Made by a program: the position numbers and the translations under genes. Positions 1 through 10,700 of a stretch of DNA of 64,000 nt are shown here, in pieces. The stretch comes from Eutreptiella sp. 'Long Island Sound 2002' (lineage: Eukaryota; Protista; Euglenida). The stretch covers positions 25,730,001-25,794,000 of the forward strand of contig OZ038379.1 of NCBI GenBank assembly GCA_964036045.1, given 5' to 3'. Within the stretch, counting starts at the first letter, position 1, and each line of letters opens with the position of its first letter. The notes beneath the pieces are model-generated. The model worked only from the letters and a program-made list of their open reading frames with translations, did not search any database and was not told the DNA's origin.

Positions 1-489
1 GTCGGGCAGCTCTGGAGGGCGACCCGCGGGTTCTTTGGTTGTGGCACCACGGAGGAAGTGGTGACGGCGCGGTGGGGGCTGGGGGTAATGCAGCTTGACA
101 GAGTGTGGGAAATGTGGGTGCGCTTGCCACCGTCCCTATGCTGGACGCGGCAGAGGGGGTGGCACCTGAGAAGCAGTGCCCTCTTGGCCTGAGTGTGCGG
201 TACTGGCAGATGACGTATGACGGCCAACGCGATGTGACAGGTGGTGCCGGCCTGATGGTGAGCCGTACTGCCCCCGTGCATGAGGATCCGACAGGGTGCT
301 TCGCCCGCCTGCCCCGGGCCGCCGCGTACAACAGTGAGGTGTCAGGGGTCGTCCCGACCAGGGTAATAAGGCCCAATCCCCTGTAGAGTATTCCCATGAC
401 ACCGGCGTCTCTACTAGCAGCCCGGCTACGGCAGCTCCGGAGGTAGTTGCTCGGGATACTCCGGGGGTTCACGGGTTTGTGTGGAGGCA

Positions 490-521
490 CTCCTGTCTCA
501 TGCATGTGTGTGCCCATTACA
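490..521 (-). repeat. Proximal 32 bp of the 3' LTR, preceded by a polypurine tract
   Basis: tcctgtctcatgcatgtgtgtgcccattaca at 491-521 equals 2522-2552. The purine run GAGGGGGG lies immediately 5' of it on the minus strand. Confidence 0.8.
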
Positions 522-1313
522 CCCCCCTCGCAAAACCCGATATACCCATGGAGGGATTGACAAAAAAATCAATGGGCACAAAACGTGCGGAGAGTTGCAA
601 CCTCACTGCAACCTCACACACATCCAAAACTGAAACCTTGTGTGCAGCGCAGTGCACACAAACAGAAACCTCACCAAGTGCCTTGTGCATCCACAGTGAA
701 CCATGAAACAGTGCCAGAAACCAACCCAAAAAAGAGATTGCATCGGCAGATAAGTCACCTGCTGTACCTCACTCAGATTTGCAGGGAGAATGTGACCTCT
801 GATTGCGCGAACAGCCTTCATTTAAAAATGCCTCCAACTGACTTCTGGCTTATGACTCAAACCTCTAGTCAAGCCAAGCTCACCTCCACTACAGAACTAC
901 AATCAAAGAGGCAGGCTGATGCTCATGCAAGATGAGACGAAGCACGCTGACGCAGGATGACATGATTCGGATCAAGGAGAGACAAGTGCTGACAGTGCAA
1001 CAAGTCTGTACTGAACTGCAGGACAAAAGAACGCGCAGTGAATAAGGAGTGCTGACAGTGAGACCGGCAGACAGACGAAAACTGTCCTGGGTGCACAGGC
1101 ACCTGGCGCCAGAAGCATGGCAAAATGGCAAAATAAAACAGCTCTCTAGCTGCTGGTCCACAGACCTAGCAGGATGCTCGAGCGCAGCTTTGTAATCACA
1201 AAGAGCAACACGCTGAGGGTATCTCAGCGTGAACGGAAACAAAGACAGAAAGCTTATACAGCGCCCTTAGCGCGAAGGCGCTGCCGTGCCCGTCGCTGAG
1301 CCCTGGAAGGGCG

Positions 1314-2276
1314 CTATGCTGTCGTAAAAAAGGATGATGGCCAGGACAGCGGCGTCGCAGAACTTGTGGACGGCTCTGACGATGGCATCGTGGATGATGG
1401 CGCAACCAGTGGCGTCTCGGATGATGGTGCTGACAGCGGCGCCACAGAACTTGATGATGGCGCTGACAGTGGCATCGCAGAACTTGATGACTCCTGCGGC
1501 GACTCTGCCATGACTGAAAGACGGGCTTCTCCGACACACACGCCGCAGCGCAGCTGTCCGTCATACCGCAACATACACAAAGGATGGCGGTCCAAGTTCG
1601 ACGGATTCTCAGCAAGCCCGGCCTCGGTAGCTGACAGCACACAAACTGAGCGCTTCGGGGCCGTCCCTTGTACTGCCTCCACAGCATCAGCGCACTCAGC
1701 ATAAGAGAGGAGGCTGAGCATTCGAGTCCCCCTGTTCCAAAGCTCCACATCGTACTTCGAGGGCCAGGGGGTTGAAAACTGTCTCCGGACTCGCAACACG
1801 CCCGCGACATACTGAGCTAGCTGATCCCAAGTCCCGTGCAGCACGTACCAGGCATACTCTTGAAGGCTCTCACGGATCTCACTCTCCAGCTCGCTGATGT
1901 AGGACGGCCTGCTCTGCTGAGCTCGCTGAACAGCTTCCAAACTATCCCACGACCCCAGCGGCACGTGATCGAAACTGTCCCAGGAAACAACACGCAGAGA
2001 ATATACAGGAGATGAGTGCTTTTGCGATGGAGGATCTGATGAATGCTCCAGCTGAACCAGCTCATTGTAAACCGGCGACCCTTGATGCGGCCGGCAACGC
2101 TGCATCAGCCGAAGGGCCCGTGGGATGACAGACTCTTGCCCATGACCTGAGCTCTGGGAAGATGTGATCTGCTCGGGTGTCGTAATCTCTGACGAGTAGA
2201 ACATAACCATAAATCTCACCACAGTACTAGGGGCTTGAAATGCACGTTGTAACTCAACGACGGGACTCTGAGGCAA
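1314..2276 (-). CDS. Internal ORF of the LTR element, unknown function (possibly degenerate Gag-like)
   Basis: 320-codon open frame starting 12 nt after the LTR (TTG start; first ATG at 2210). It has a helical-looking segment SELESEIRESLQEYAWYVLHGTWDQLAQY, a partial PHD-like HPLC..CGVC and a Ser/Pro-rich tail from a degenerate tandem repeat at about 1350-1500. No recognisable catalytic motif. Confidence 0.35.
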   Translation of the reverse strand: MPQSPVVELQRAFQAPSTVVRFMVMFYSSEITTPEQITSSQSSGHGQESVIPRALRLMQRCRPHQGSPVYNELVQLEHSSDPPSQKHSSPVYSLRVVSWDSFDHVPLGSWDSLEAVQRAQQSRPSYISELESEIRESLQEYAWYVLHGTWDQLAQYVAGVLRVRRQFSTPWPSKYDVELWNRGTRMLSLLSYAECADAVEAVQGTAPKRSVCVLSATEAGLAENPSNLDRHPLCMLRYDGQLRCGVCVGEARLSVMAESPQESSSSAMPLSAPSSSSVAPLSAPSSETPLVAPSSTMPSSEPSTSSATPLSWPSSFFTTA

Positions 2277-2287
2277 GCGTTTGTAAA

Positions 2288-2552
2288 TGTATTGGTAATC
2301 CTAGAGGTACACCAACCCAATGCCAGCACCATGCAGACGATGAGCACAATCCAAATCGTTGAAGACGTGATTTACAAAAGCGATCCCTTGTGTACCATTG
2401 TCTAAAGTACAAAGGAATGATAATGTAATTGTTAGATAATAATCAATCACCAAGACAAACAATACACAATCTGCGAGTGATACTGTTGTGTGCGCGCGCT
2501 GTGCGTGGTCTGCTTGTGGGCTCCTGTCTCATGCATGTGTGTGCCCATTACA
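2288..2552 (-). repeat. 5' LTR (265 bp)
   Basis: TG...CA ends with an 8-bp imperfect terminal inverted repeat. 2288-2520 matches the reverse complement of 3597-3829 with 8 mismatches in 233 bp. 2522-2552 is identical to 491-521. Confidence 0.85.
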
Positions 2553-3596
2553 GTACCCAATCAGCCTCGAGGCATCTGCTTGCCCACGTATAATATAACT
2601 AGAGGGTCTACAGGAGGGGACGCCGGCCACCCCGCGACGGGAGTGGCGCAACCCGTGAATATCGCTGGCTGGGATTTGGGCTGGTGGGTGCCGTAGCTTG
2701 GTTATCGACCCCATGTGGGGGTACCCACCAGAGGCTTGCCCCAGGCCGTGGTAACAAGGTCCACCTCATCTGGCCCACATACGTTGCCCTGGCGCCTACC
2801 CTTGACCCTTAACTGCACTGATTGGCCAGCTCCCGTGGTTGCGCCTCTTCCGCCACAGCGGCGGCCAGGCCGCAGGTTCGGCCCCCACCGACGACGTGGC
2901 GAGCTTACTTATAGCATTGGCCTGCGCGTCACCCCCTGGACCACTCTGCATGTCGCCTCTAGCCGACCGGACAGGCACCCCCCAGGGTTTAGTGGTTGAT
3001 GTGAAGACCAACTGGATTACACGCATATAGAGGCGACCGCACACTCGGTGCTACGCCGCCGTGTAGTAACGCCGTCGCTATGCCGTTGCCACCTGCGAGC
3101 CGCCACCGCACGCACCACCGCTACCGCAAGGCCATGGTCAGACGGTTAGACTATGTACATGCCCTCAGGCACGGTCTCTCTAGTTTGTTAACGGGGCCAG
3201 GGGATGCCCCTGCAATCCCCCTGAGTTGTTAGAGGGGTCAGGGGGACACCCCAGTACCGCCATGCAACTCCGCGTTGCCCCCACAGTACGGCTCCCCAGT
3301 ACCGCCACGCGGCCTCGGTATTCCCGCTATACGGACCCGAGTACCGCCGCGCATAACTCCGTGACGCCAGTACACCGACACCTGCAACTCCGCGTACCCC
3401 TCATGACAGCACCTCCCAGATCGCCACGCCATCCTCGGTACGCCCACCATACAGTCCACCTGACCATCACACCGTCGCAATCCTCTATGCACACTTCGCC
3501 GCTTCCGGGGTCTGCAGGCTGCTCCCGCAACCCCGTGTAACGCGCCAAGGGGGCGTCGCAACGCATGCACCGCAGCGCCGGTAGCAATGCCGCTTG

Positions 3597-3829
3597 CCCA
3601 CAAGCAGACCACGCACAGCCCGCGCACACAACAGTGGCACTCGCAGATTGTGTATTGTTTGTCTTGGTGATTGATTATTATCTAACAATTACATTATCAT
3701 TCCTTTGTACTTTAGACAATGGTACACAAGGGATCGCTTTTGTAAATTACGTCTTGAACAATTTGGATTGTGCTCATTGTCTGCATGGTGCTGGCATTGG
3801 GCTGGTGTACCTCTAGGATTACCAATACA
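3597..3829 (+). repeat. Displaced distal 233 bp of the 3' LTR
   Basis: Inverted copy of 2288-2520 (about 96.5% identical), ending in ...CCAATACA followed by GGTAC. Confidence 0.85.
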
Positions 3830-4551
3830 GGTACTGGCCCCTGACATGGAGTGCCGGCACGGTATGTATCTGGGGTGCGGGTGCAGCTCAGGGCCATGGA
3901 GAAGCTAGAGTTGCTACCATGTTTCAGTACTATACTAGGGGACTGGTGCGGTGGGTCGGCGGCGTACATTATGGGGACATGGAGGCGATGAAGGCTGAGG
4001 GCCAGGCTAGGCTGGAACCTCCCAGAAATCCTGGCTATGCATCTACGGGTTATTGCATGCTGGCAGTGGGTTACGCGGGGTCAGGGGTGGTGGGCAATTA
4101 CGAGTACGCGGCTAGCAATGGATTAGGTGAGGTCATGGGTGGTGGTCGTCTCCACGGTGGCGAGGGTACGCGAACAACGAGGGGTCTGCTCTTGCTTCGC
4201 CGCATGCGTGCTGCTTTGTACCTTGGTTGCTGCTTTGCGCCCGTAGGAGAAGCCCTTGCTTTCTGCTTGTTGCTGTGCTGCTGCGTTGTTGTGCCTTGCC
4301 CCTTTTACCCCCGGCGAACAAACGGGCCAGCGTCCGTCGCCATTGCTAATGCTAATGCTTTGCGGTCGCCACTGCCCCAAAAGCCTGGTTGGCCGGTATC
4401 CCCGGTCCTCTGGGTCCTCCGTCATGCTGTGGGCCACCTCAGGCAGCCCTGGGACCCAGGGGATCGAGCGAGGCAGGAACCACCTGTCGGCGCGAGATGC
4501 CCGGTAACTCCAGTAGACGGCATGATAAGTGGTTATGACTATGGCTATGAC

Positions 4552-4828
4552 TATGTATGTATGTATGTATGTATGTATGTATGTATGTATGTATGTATGT
4601 ATGTATGTATGTATGTATGTATGTATGTATGTATGTATGTATGTATGTATGTATGTATGTATGTATGTATGTATGTATGTATGTATGTATGTATGTATGT
4701 ATGTATGTATGTATGTATGTATGTATGTATGTATGTATGTATGTATGTATGTATGTATGTATGTATGTATGTACGTATGTATGTATGTATGTATTTATGT
4801 ATGTATGTATGTATGTATGTATGTATGT
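4552..4828 (+). repeat. (TATG)n microsatellite, about 69 units
   Basis: Directly visible, with two single-base interruptions near 4773 and 4796. Confidence 0.99.
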
Positions 4829-6215
4829 TTTCCCGGGGGTGGGGGGGGGGGGGCAACTGGGGATTTTTGGGGGACTGGCGAGTTTTTGCACTGTTGGTTG
4901 TTTTCTCGGAATATGGTGTCCCGGAAGGGGGAGGGGGTATATCATACCTTCTTGGAAAGCCCTTGAAAAGGGCATTTCGGCGATGTATGGGTTGGGGGAG
5001 GGCAAGTGTTTGGGAAATTTGCCCGAAACTGTCAACAGTTTCGGTGTCTAATGTAAGCCAATTTCCTGGTACCAGTATTTGCTATTGTCTTGCGCCACAC
5101 CCCCTTGGCTCTCCCATTTGGGTTTTCATGTGGAGACGGAGCGGGAAACCAGACCAACAAACAAACCGTTTTGAAGCCACGTGTATGGGTTGCCCGAACT
5201 TGCATTTCAACATATCGATGAGTTAGACCCCAAATCAAAATGCATTAGAAAGCCCTTTTTGTTTACTTTTCAAAAAGGTATCACATTGCATAGCACCAAG
5301 ACACAGAGCGGTGAAACCTCCATTAGTTCCCTGGTTGCCCCCACCCCCCACGAAAACAGACATATATACACAATGATGCATCCATATATGGCGTAGATCC
5401 ACTAATGTATCTACCGGTGCGGGGTCACTGGGTGGGGTCTGGGACGGAAGTACGGACCCCCCCCCATTTTGGGGTCGGGAAAAAAAGACATGTCTTAGAA
5501 GTGAATTGGATGATTGTTAGTGGGTATTTGCCCCTGTGAAGGACTCACAATGGCTAAAAAATGGGTATGCTGTCACTACTATTAGGATCCTTACCAGATT
5601 ATATGGTATATACCATCCTTCCCCCCCCCTTTGCCCTCCCCCCCCTGGGGCTCCGAGGGACTTGCATATTGGGGGCCGATATGCAAGAATGCCATCCCTT
5701 AACACCCCGTTTACCCGGGTACCCTCCCGCTTACCCGTGGATCAAAGGAATTGCCGCCCGTAGTCTGTAGACACTGCTTGCCCCATGTAGACACTGTTTG
5801 TAAATTGTAGACGCTGTCAGCATGTTGCAGAAGGCGGTGCACAGACCAGACGGTGCACAAAAAGGCAGTCTATAGCCACCGCAAGAGTCTTGTCATTTAA
5901 GGGGGGGGTGCAGGAGCCGGCCCCCGCGTCAAGCGCAGCGAGCCACAGCGTGGTAAGGATTGGCGGTGCACACAGAAGGCGGTGCATACAAAAGTGAGAA
6001 TATTTGGGACAGGGGCCAAAGGCCTCCATCCGGAAAACGAGATGCTAAGGGTGTTTACCCGTGCTAAAATAAGGTATTTGGGGCTGCAAAGCACCCCTGG
6101 GCCGGCGCCAAAGGCGCTAGACCGAGTTCCGGACCCCCAAGGGGGGCGGCAGAGAGGGGGGAGGGGTCAAGGATCGTATAAGCCACATACATACATGCTA
6201 TGGCTATTGATTATT

Positions 6216-7712
6216 GAGCAGCAGAGGATTGGTAGCGGGACACAAGAAAACTTGTCAAAGAAAAGACATGTCAATTCCAACCTGTGCACAGTTGCATACC
6301 GCGTGAAATAAACTTGGTGATGTTCACTTCAGCACAATGTGGTCCTATGTACAGTGGGTTTCGTTCCTGTGTCTTATTGGGAGAGGAGCTACAATTATTT
6401 TCATGCAATGTCTAAGTTCAAGGGGGCACTGCGGTGCCCCCCACAGGGTACAAACAGGTATAGCGCACGTGGGCGACCAAATGGGCAGCCACTAGTCAAC
6501 CGAGGAGTCAGACTCAGGCGTGGTCATGGCCTGCAGGTTCAGCCACGCGATAGCATCAGGGCAGTCCATGGTTAGGATGCCCTGCTGCCACATAGCCTGA
6601 GTGGGCGGTGTGGTGTGCCGGTAGTGATGGTGCACATCATACCTGTACTTTTGGTACAGCCACAGATCGTCAGCAAGCAGGCTGTCCAGTTGGCGCGCTT
6701 CGTGGTGGCCTAGTATTAACCCCTTGTATGGTTCGATTTCCTGCTGCCACCAGTGCTGCACCAGCGCAGTCTGCTCCAGAGATGCCGTCGCACCGACGGG
6801 AGCAAGGGTGGACGGGGGCGAGGAGGAAGTGGAACTACTAACGCTAGGGCATACACTTTCGGCATCGGTTAGGGCGTGTGGCAGATCATCCAGAGGTAGC
6901 GGCATGGGGTCTGGGGTATGGGGGGGGGGGGGTTCTCGTGGCCTGGGGGGCGCGCGGGGCCTCACGACTGTGGCAGTGCGTGGTGGCCTACCTCGCCGTT
7001 TCGTCGGCACTGTGGACTGCTGTGCATCCGGGGGTGGGGGAGGGTAACCCAGCCTTCTGGTCAACCGTGGGCGCTGTGAGTTTGGTGGCAGGGGGGCTGG
7101 CTGGCGCTGCTTTCTCGCTGGGCGTTTGCGCACAGTGAGTCTGCGTGTCCTACGGCGCGCTGGTCGTGCCCGTTTGCGGGCCGTGGGCGCTGGTGTGCCA
7201 TGTTTTCGGGTGTGGTGCCGCATTTCTGGTGGCACGTGTTGGACAGGCAACGTGACAGCTTCCTTCAGGGGGATCAGGGGGACTCCCGCAGTGGCCAAGT
7301 GGCGGATGGTCGCACGGCAGTCACTGTCCTGGGGGAGGGCAATAGGGCAGGGGGTGTATTGGGGGCACAGAAGACACTGTTTTGCAGGCACTGGGGGTAT
7401 CCATCTGGGGTCCTTCTTTAACTTCGCCCATGGGGTAATGGCATCGGACCTGAGGTATGCTTTTCGTACAGGGCTCACCCACCAGGACATGGGATACCCG
7501 CGGTGTATCAGTTCCCATACCACCTGGGAGAAGTTGGACTCGGTGAAAGGCGGGTCAGTAGTGATACTCGCGGCCTTCTTGGACAGTGCAATTGCCAGGC
7601 CGTGCACTGTGTCGCGGGCTGTGCTCGTGTGGGGGTCGGGGAAACGGAGGATGGTGGGGTTGTCGGTGAGGTAGCCAGCCAGGACTTTATTTTTCATGCC
7701 CCAGCGGATGTT
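6216..7712 (-). repeat. 3' pseudo-LTR copy (about 1.5 kb)
   Basis: Matches 13166-14663. On reading I saw only 2 substitutions (13982, about 14170) and one extra G in a poly-G run. Confidence 0.95.
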
Positions 7713-10700
7713 CGGGCCCTCGCACTGCACTTGGACTTCCAAAAACGTGAGGGACCGTCCCATTTGCTCAAAATCAAGGTCTAACTCGTACAAGTCCGTA
7801 AAAAACTTTTTCAGGTGGTGGGTCCAATATGGGACGAACTGCAGAGGACAGAAAAACATGAGGTTATCGCGAAAGCGGGCCAATCGTAGGCTGAGCGGGA
7901 AGGTACTGCCCCAGCGGACCTCAGACTCAGGCAACATCAAGCATAGGTCGGCGTCTTGCGCACTGAGGAGGCCCCCAATGGCGGCCCCTTCTGTTTGGCG
8001 CCTGAGCTCCGAACCCGTAACGAAAAAATCGTTTAAGAAGAGATTCAGGAGCGCAAGCTCTAAACACTCCTGCGCAGTGTACACGTGCCAGAGGTTTGCG
8101 CCCTTGGCTCCTACCTCGTCCAGTTTCTTGTTGGCTGACTTGCTGATGCTGAAATTTACCTCCTTTGTACCTCTCTGTAGGTCCAACATGGGTTTCCACC
8201 GTTCGTACAGTTTTTTCCTAGCGGCAATGATCTTTTGTTTTTTGAGGGAGGGGAACATACGCACAACGTCCAGTTCCCCCCCCCCGACTGGTATCCCTTG
8301 GGCGCTGTAGAACTCTCGCGCGGGTTTCAGGAACCCTTCAATCAGGTGCTCCTGATTTAGCACGTTCAGGGTGAAGAAGGAGCAAGTGTAGCGGCGTTCA
8401 AGGAGTGAGCTGATTCTTGAGGCATGGCGGAACTGGGGGTTGAGGGGGTGGCCGGCGTGCGAGAAAACTTCACGGGTGGCCACATCGCGCGAGGGCTTCA
8501 CGGGGATACTTTTTTGTTTTGCCAGGCCCTCGGTAGTTGGCACTTTCCACTTTCCATGGCGCGCCGGCAGGTGTAGGGAATCGGGGGGACCCAGGCCCAG
8601 GTCACGTGCGCGGGCAGACGTGTGCTGAAATACCTGCTCCGCATGGGAGACGAGCAGGTCTCGAGCTTTGGCAGCCTCAGCCTCGGAGGTGGGGACAATC
8701 GTGCACATCTTGGGCGGGGGGGGGAGGCGGGCAGCCTTGAGCCAGGGCATGTTTAGGGTGAGGTTGCGGCGGAGCCTTCGGGGTGGTACGTACTTGCGCA
8801 GGACGGGGAAAGTCAGCGCCAAGTAGTAGTAGTACAACAGGAGGATGGAGCGGCATGCCTCCGGGGAAGAGTACGTGCGGTACAGGGTGTACTCAGGGCG
8901 GTCATAAGCGTTTAGGATGATCTGGACCCAAAACCTCCAACAAAACAAGACATAGCACAAACAGTTTTTGTCAAGGAATATCACTCTTAACCGGGGGTGG
9001 TCCTTTTTAAACCGGCGGGTGAGCGGTACCGTGGGGGGTGTGGCATGTGGAGTTGGGTTGTGGGTGCAAGCTAGCTTGATCTGGTCCTGGACAGCATCAG
9101 CAAACTTGGGAAAGGGGAATGGGCGACGTTTGGGCAGGGCGGAGTGTAGTGTCCTGAGCGCTTCGCTTGTTGCACGGCATAACTCCCGAGGGGTTTTAGA
9201 CAGGACAAAGTCACTGCCCACGTCGAAGACCGAGGAGAATCGGGGGCTTGTCACGTGGCGTATCTCCTCCCTGGTGAACCACGCAGGCGTAGGGCAGGCG
9301 CATTCAAGCTGTGGGGCCGTGCATGGGGTGGTCGTGGCTATGTTGGGTTGTGTGTGTAACTGGCTGGCACACGGGGTACTATGTGTCAGGGACTGTCTGA
9401 GGTCAGCCAGAGAGGACGTAACCCGTCCATCGGAAAGGAGGCGGGACAGCTTGCAGGGAGAGCAAAGTACAACTGAGAAAATAGAAGCCAAGTATGTACA
9501 CATGACGGCCGGCAACTTTGTGGATCGCAGGAAGTCACGGAACAGACGTTTCACAGGCTTTTTCACAGCGGGGTCCTGAACGGGCAGGCGCAGGGGGAGG
9601 GATTTCGGCAGGCGGACCCCAGTTTGTCTCTGGATGTAAGGGAGCAGTTTCCCCTGTAGGGCAGAGAACTGGTGTGGCGCCATGTCACGGCGGGCCAGGG
9701 AAAGAATTTTCAGGGCGTCCTGGGGCCGCACTGTCGCGCGGCTGGACTGCTGAAGCTTGGTCCACACATCAGGGTCACGCAGTGTGGCAAGAGGCAGGGC
9801 CTTTGACATGTTGCCGCGCACCAGCCACCGAAAATAGGATCGTCGCCGATGACGCTGCTCGTTCAGGTTGGGCGTGACGTTTTGAATAAAACGGCGCTCT
9901 ATGAGATCGGTATTGCATATGTCAGTGGGGAGGAGGGGAATGGGATTGAAATTCCACGGGCCCAACGCGTGCATGGCTCTGATGTAGAGCGGTCCTTGGG
10001 ACATCTTTCCCTGGTACATCACGACCCACGACTGGGCGCTGCCAATTTCCTCGAGTACCCTGTCCGTGACGGATCGGGGCTGGGAGATAGCACCAGTCTG
10101 GCCAAAGTACTGGCGGGGGTCCAGCGGTGTCCATACAGCATACACCCACTGGGCTTTCGTGTCGATGTCATGGGCAGTGGGCCAGTGGACGAGCTGTGCC
10201 AATCGGCGGAGCCAATGCTGGGGTGCCAGGGGGAGGACCTCGTTGCAGCGGCGCCATGACGCGACCAGGTGTTGTCGGCAGACTGGCCGGGTACCGAGTG
10301 TGGTCTTCCGGGATGTCCACTCTGCATTCCAGGTGTGCCAGAACAATGCCTTGCCACTAGTGTCCAGTGGCACATAGTAGTACGGGCTGGATGCCTGGTA
10401 CGGGTTGGGCAGTGTGGTCTGGGTACACAGGACACGACCCGCAGGTTCCGGTTTGTCGCGTGGGGCTCTGGGGATGTGGATCTTCAGGGCCCGTAGGATA
10501 GGACCCAGGTGCGCAACAATGAGCTGGAAGTGGACAGGGCCCAGAGCTGCAGCAGCAGGATTTTGGAGGAGGAAGCCACGGAGACGGAAGCTCCCTCCGC
10601 ATACGGGTCCATCCATGAAAGTATAGTGGTGGTACGCCGCGTGTGTCGCATGCCACAAGGGGGGATCGTGCATCCAGTGTTCCGGAATGATACATGCTAC

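Larger units (their letters stand above)
490..3834. mobile_element. Non-autonomous LTR retroelement (about 265-bp LTRs, about 2.3 kb), disrupted by an inversion of 490/491-3596
   Basis: On the minus strand: complete LTR 2552->2288 (TGTAATGG...CCAATACA), internal region 2287->522, polypurine tract GAGGGGGG at 529->522, then the first 31-32 bp of a second LTR at 521->490. The missing 233 bp of that LTR lie on the plus strand at 3597-3829. GGTAC flanks the LTR start (2557->2553, minus) and the LTR end (3830-3834, plus), as a 5-bp TSD would. No RT or integrase motifs were seen inside. Confidence 0.8.

Noticed and set aside
2288-3829. DNA transposon with 233-bp TIRs, or a DIRS-type inverted LTR
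   Set aside because: Better explained as two LTR copies rearranged by an inversion, since the PPT, the split LTR and the GGTAC TSD all fit.
4439-5051. ORFs of MYVC/HTYI repeats
   Set aside because: Translations of the (TATG)n microsatellite.
6310-6370. Hammerhead ribozyme in the pseudo-LTR (GAAAC ... CTGAAGTGA on the minus strand)
   Set aside because: The core is not CUGANGA, the cleavage triplet would be GAC rather than NUH, and stem II cannot form.
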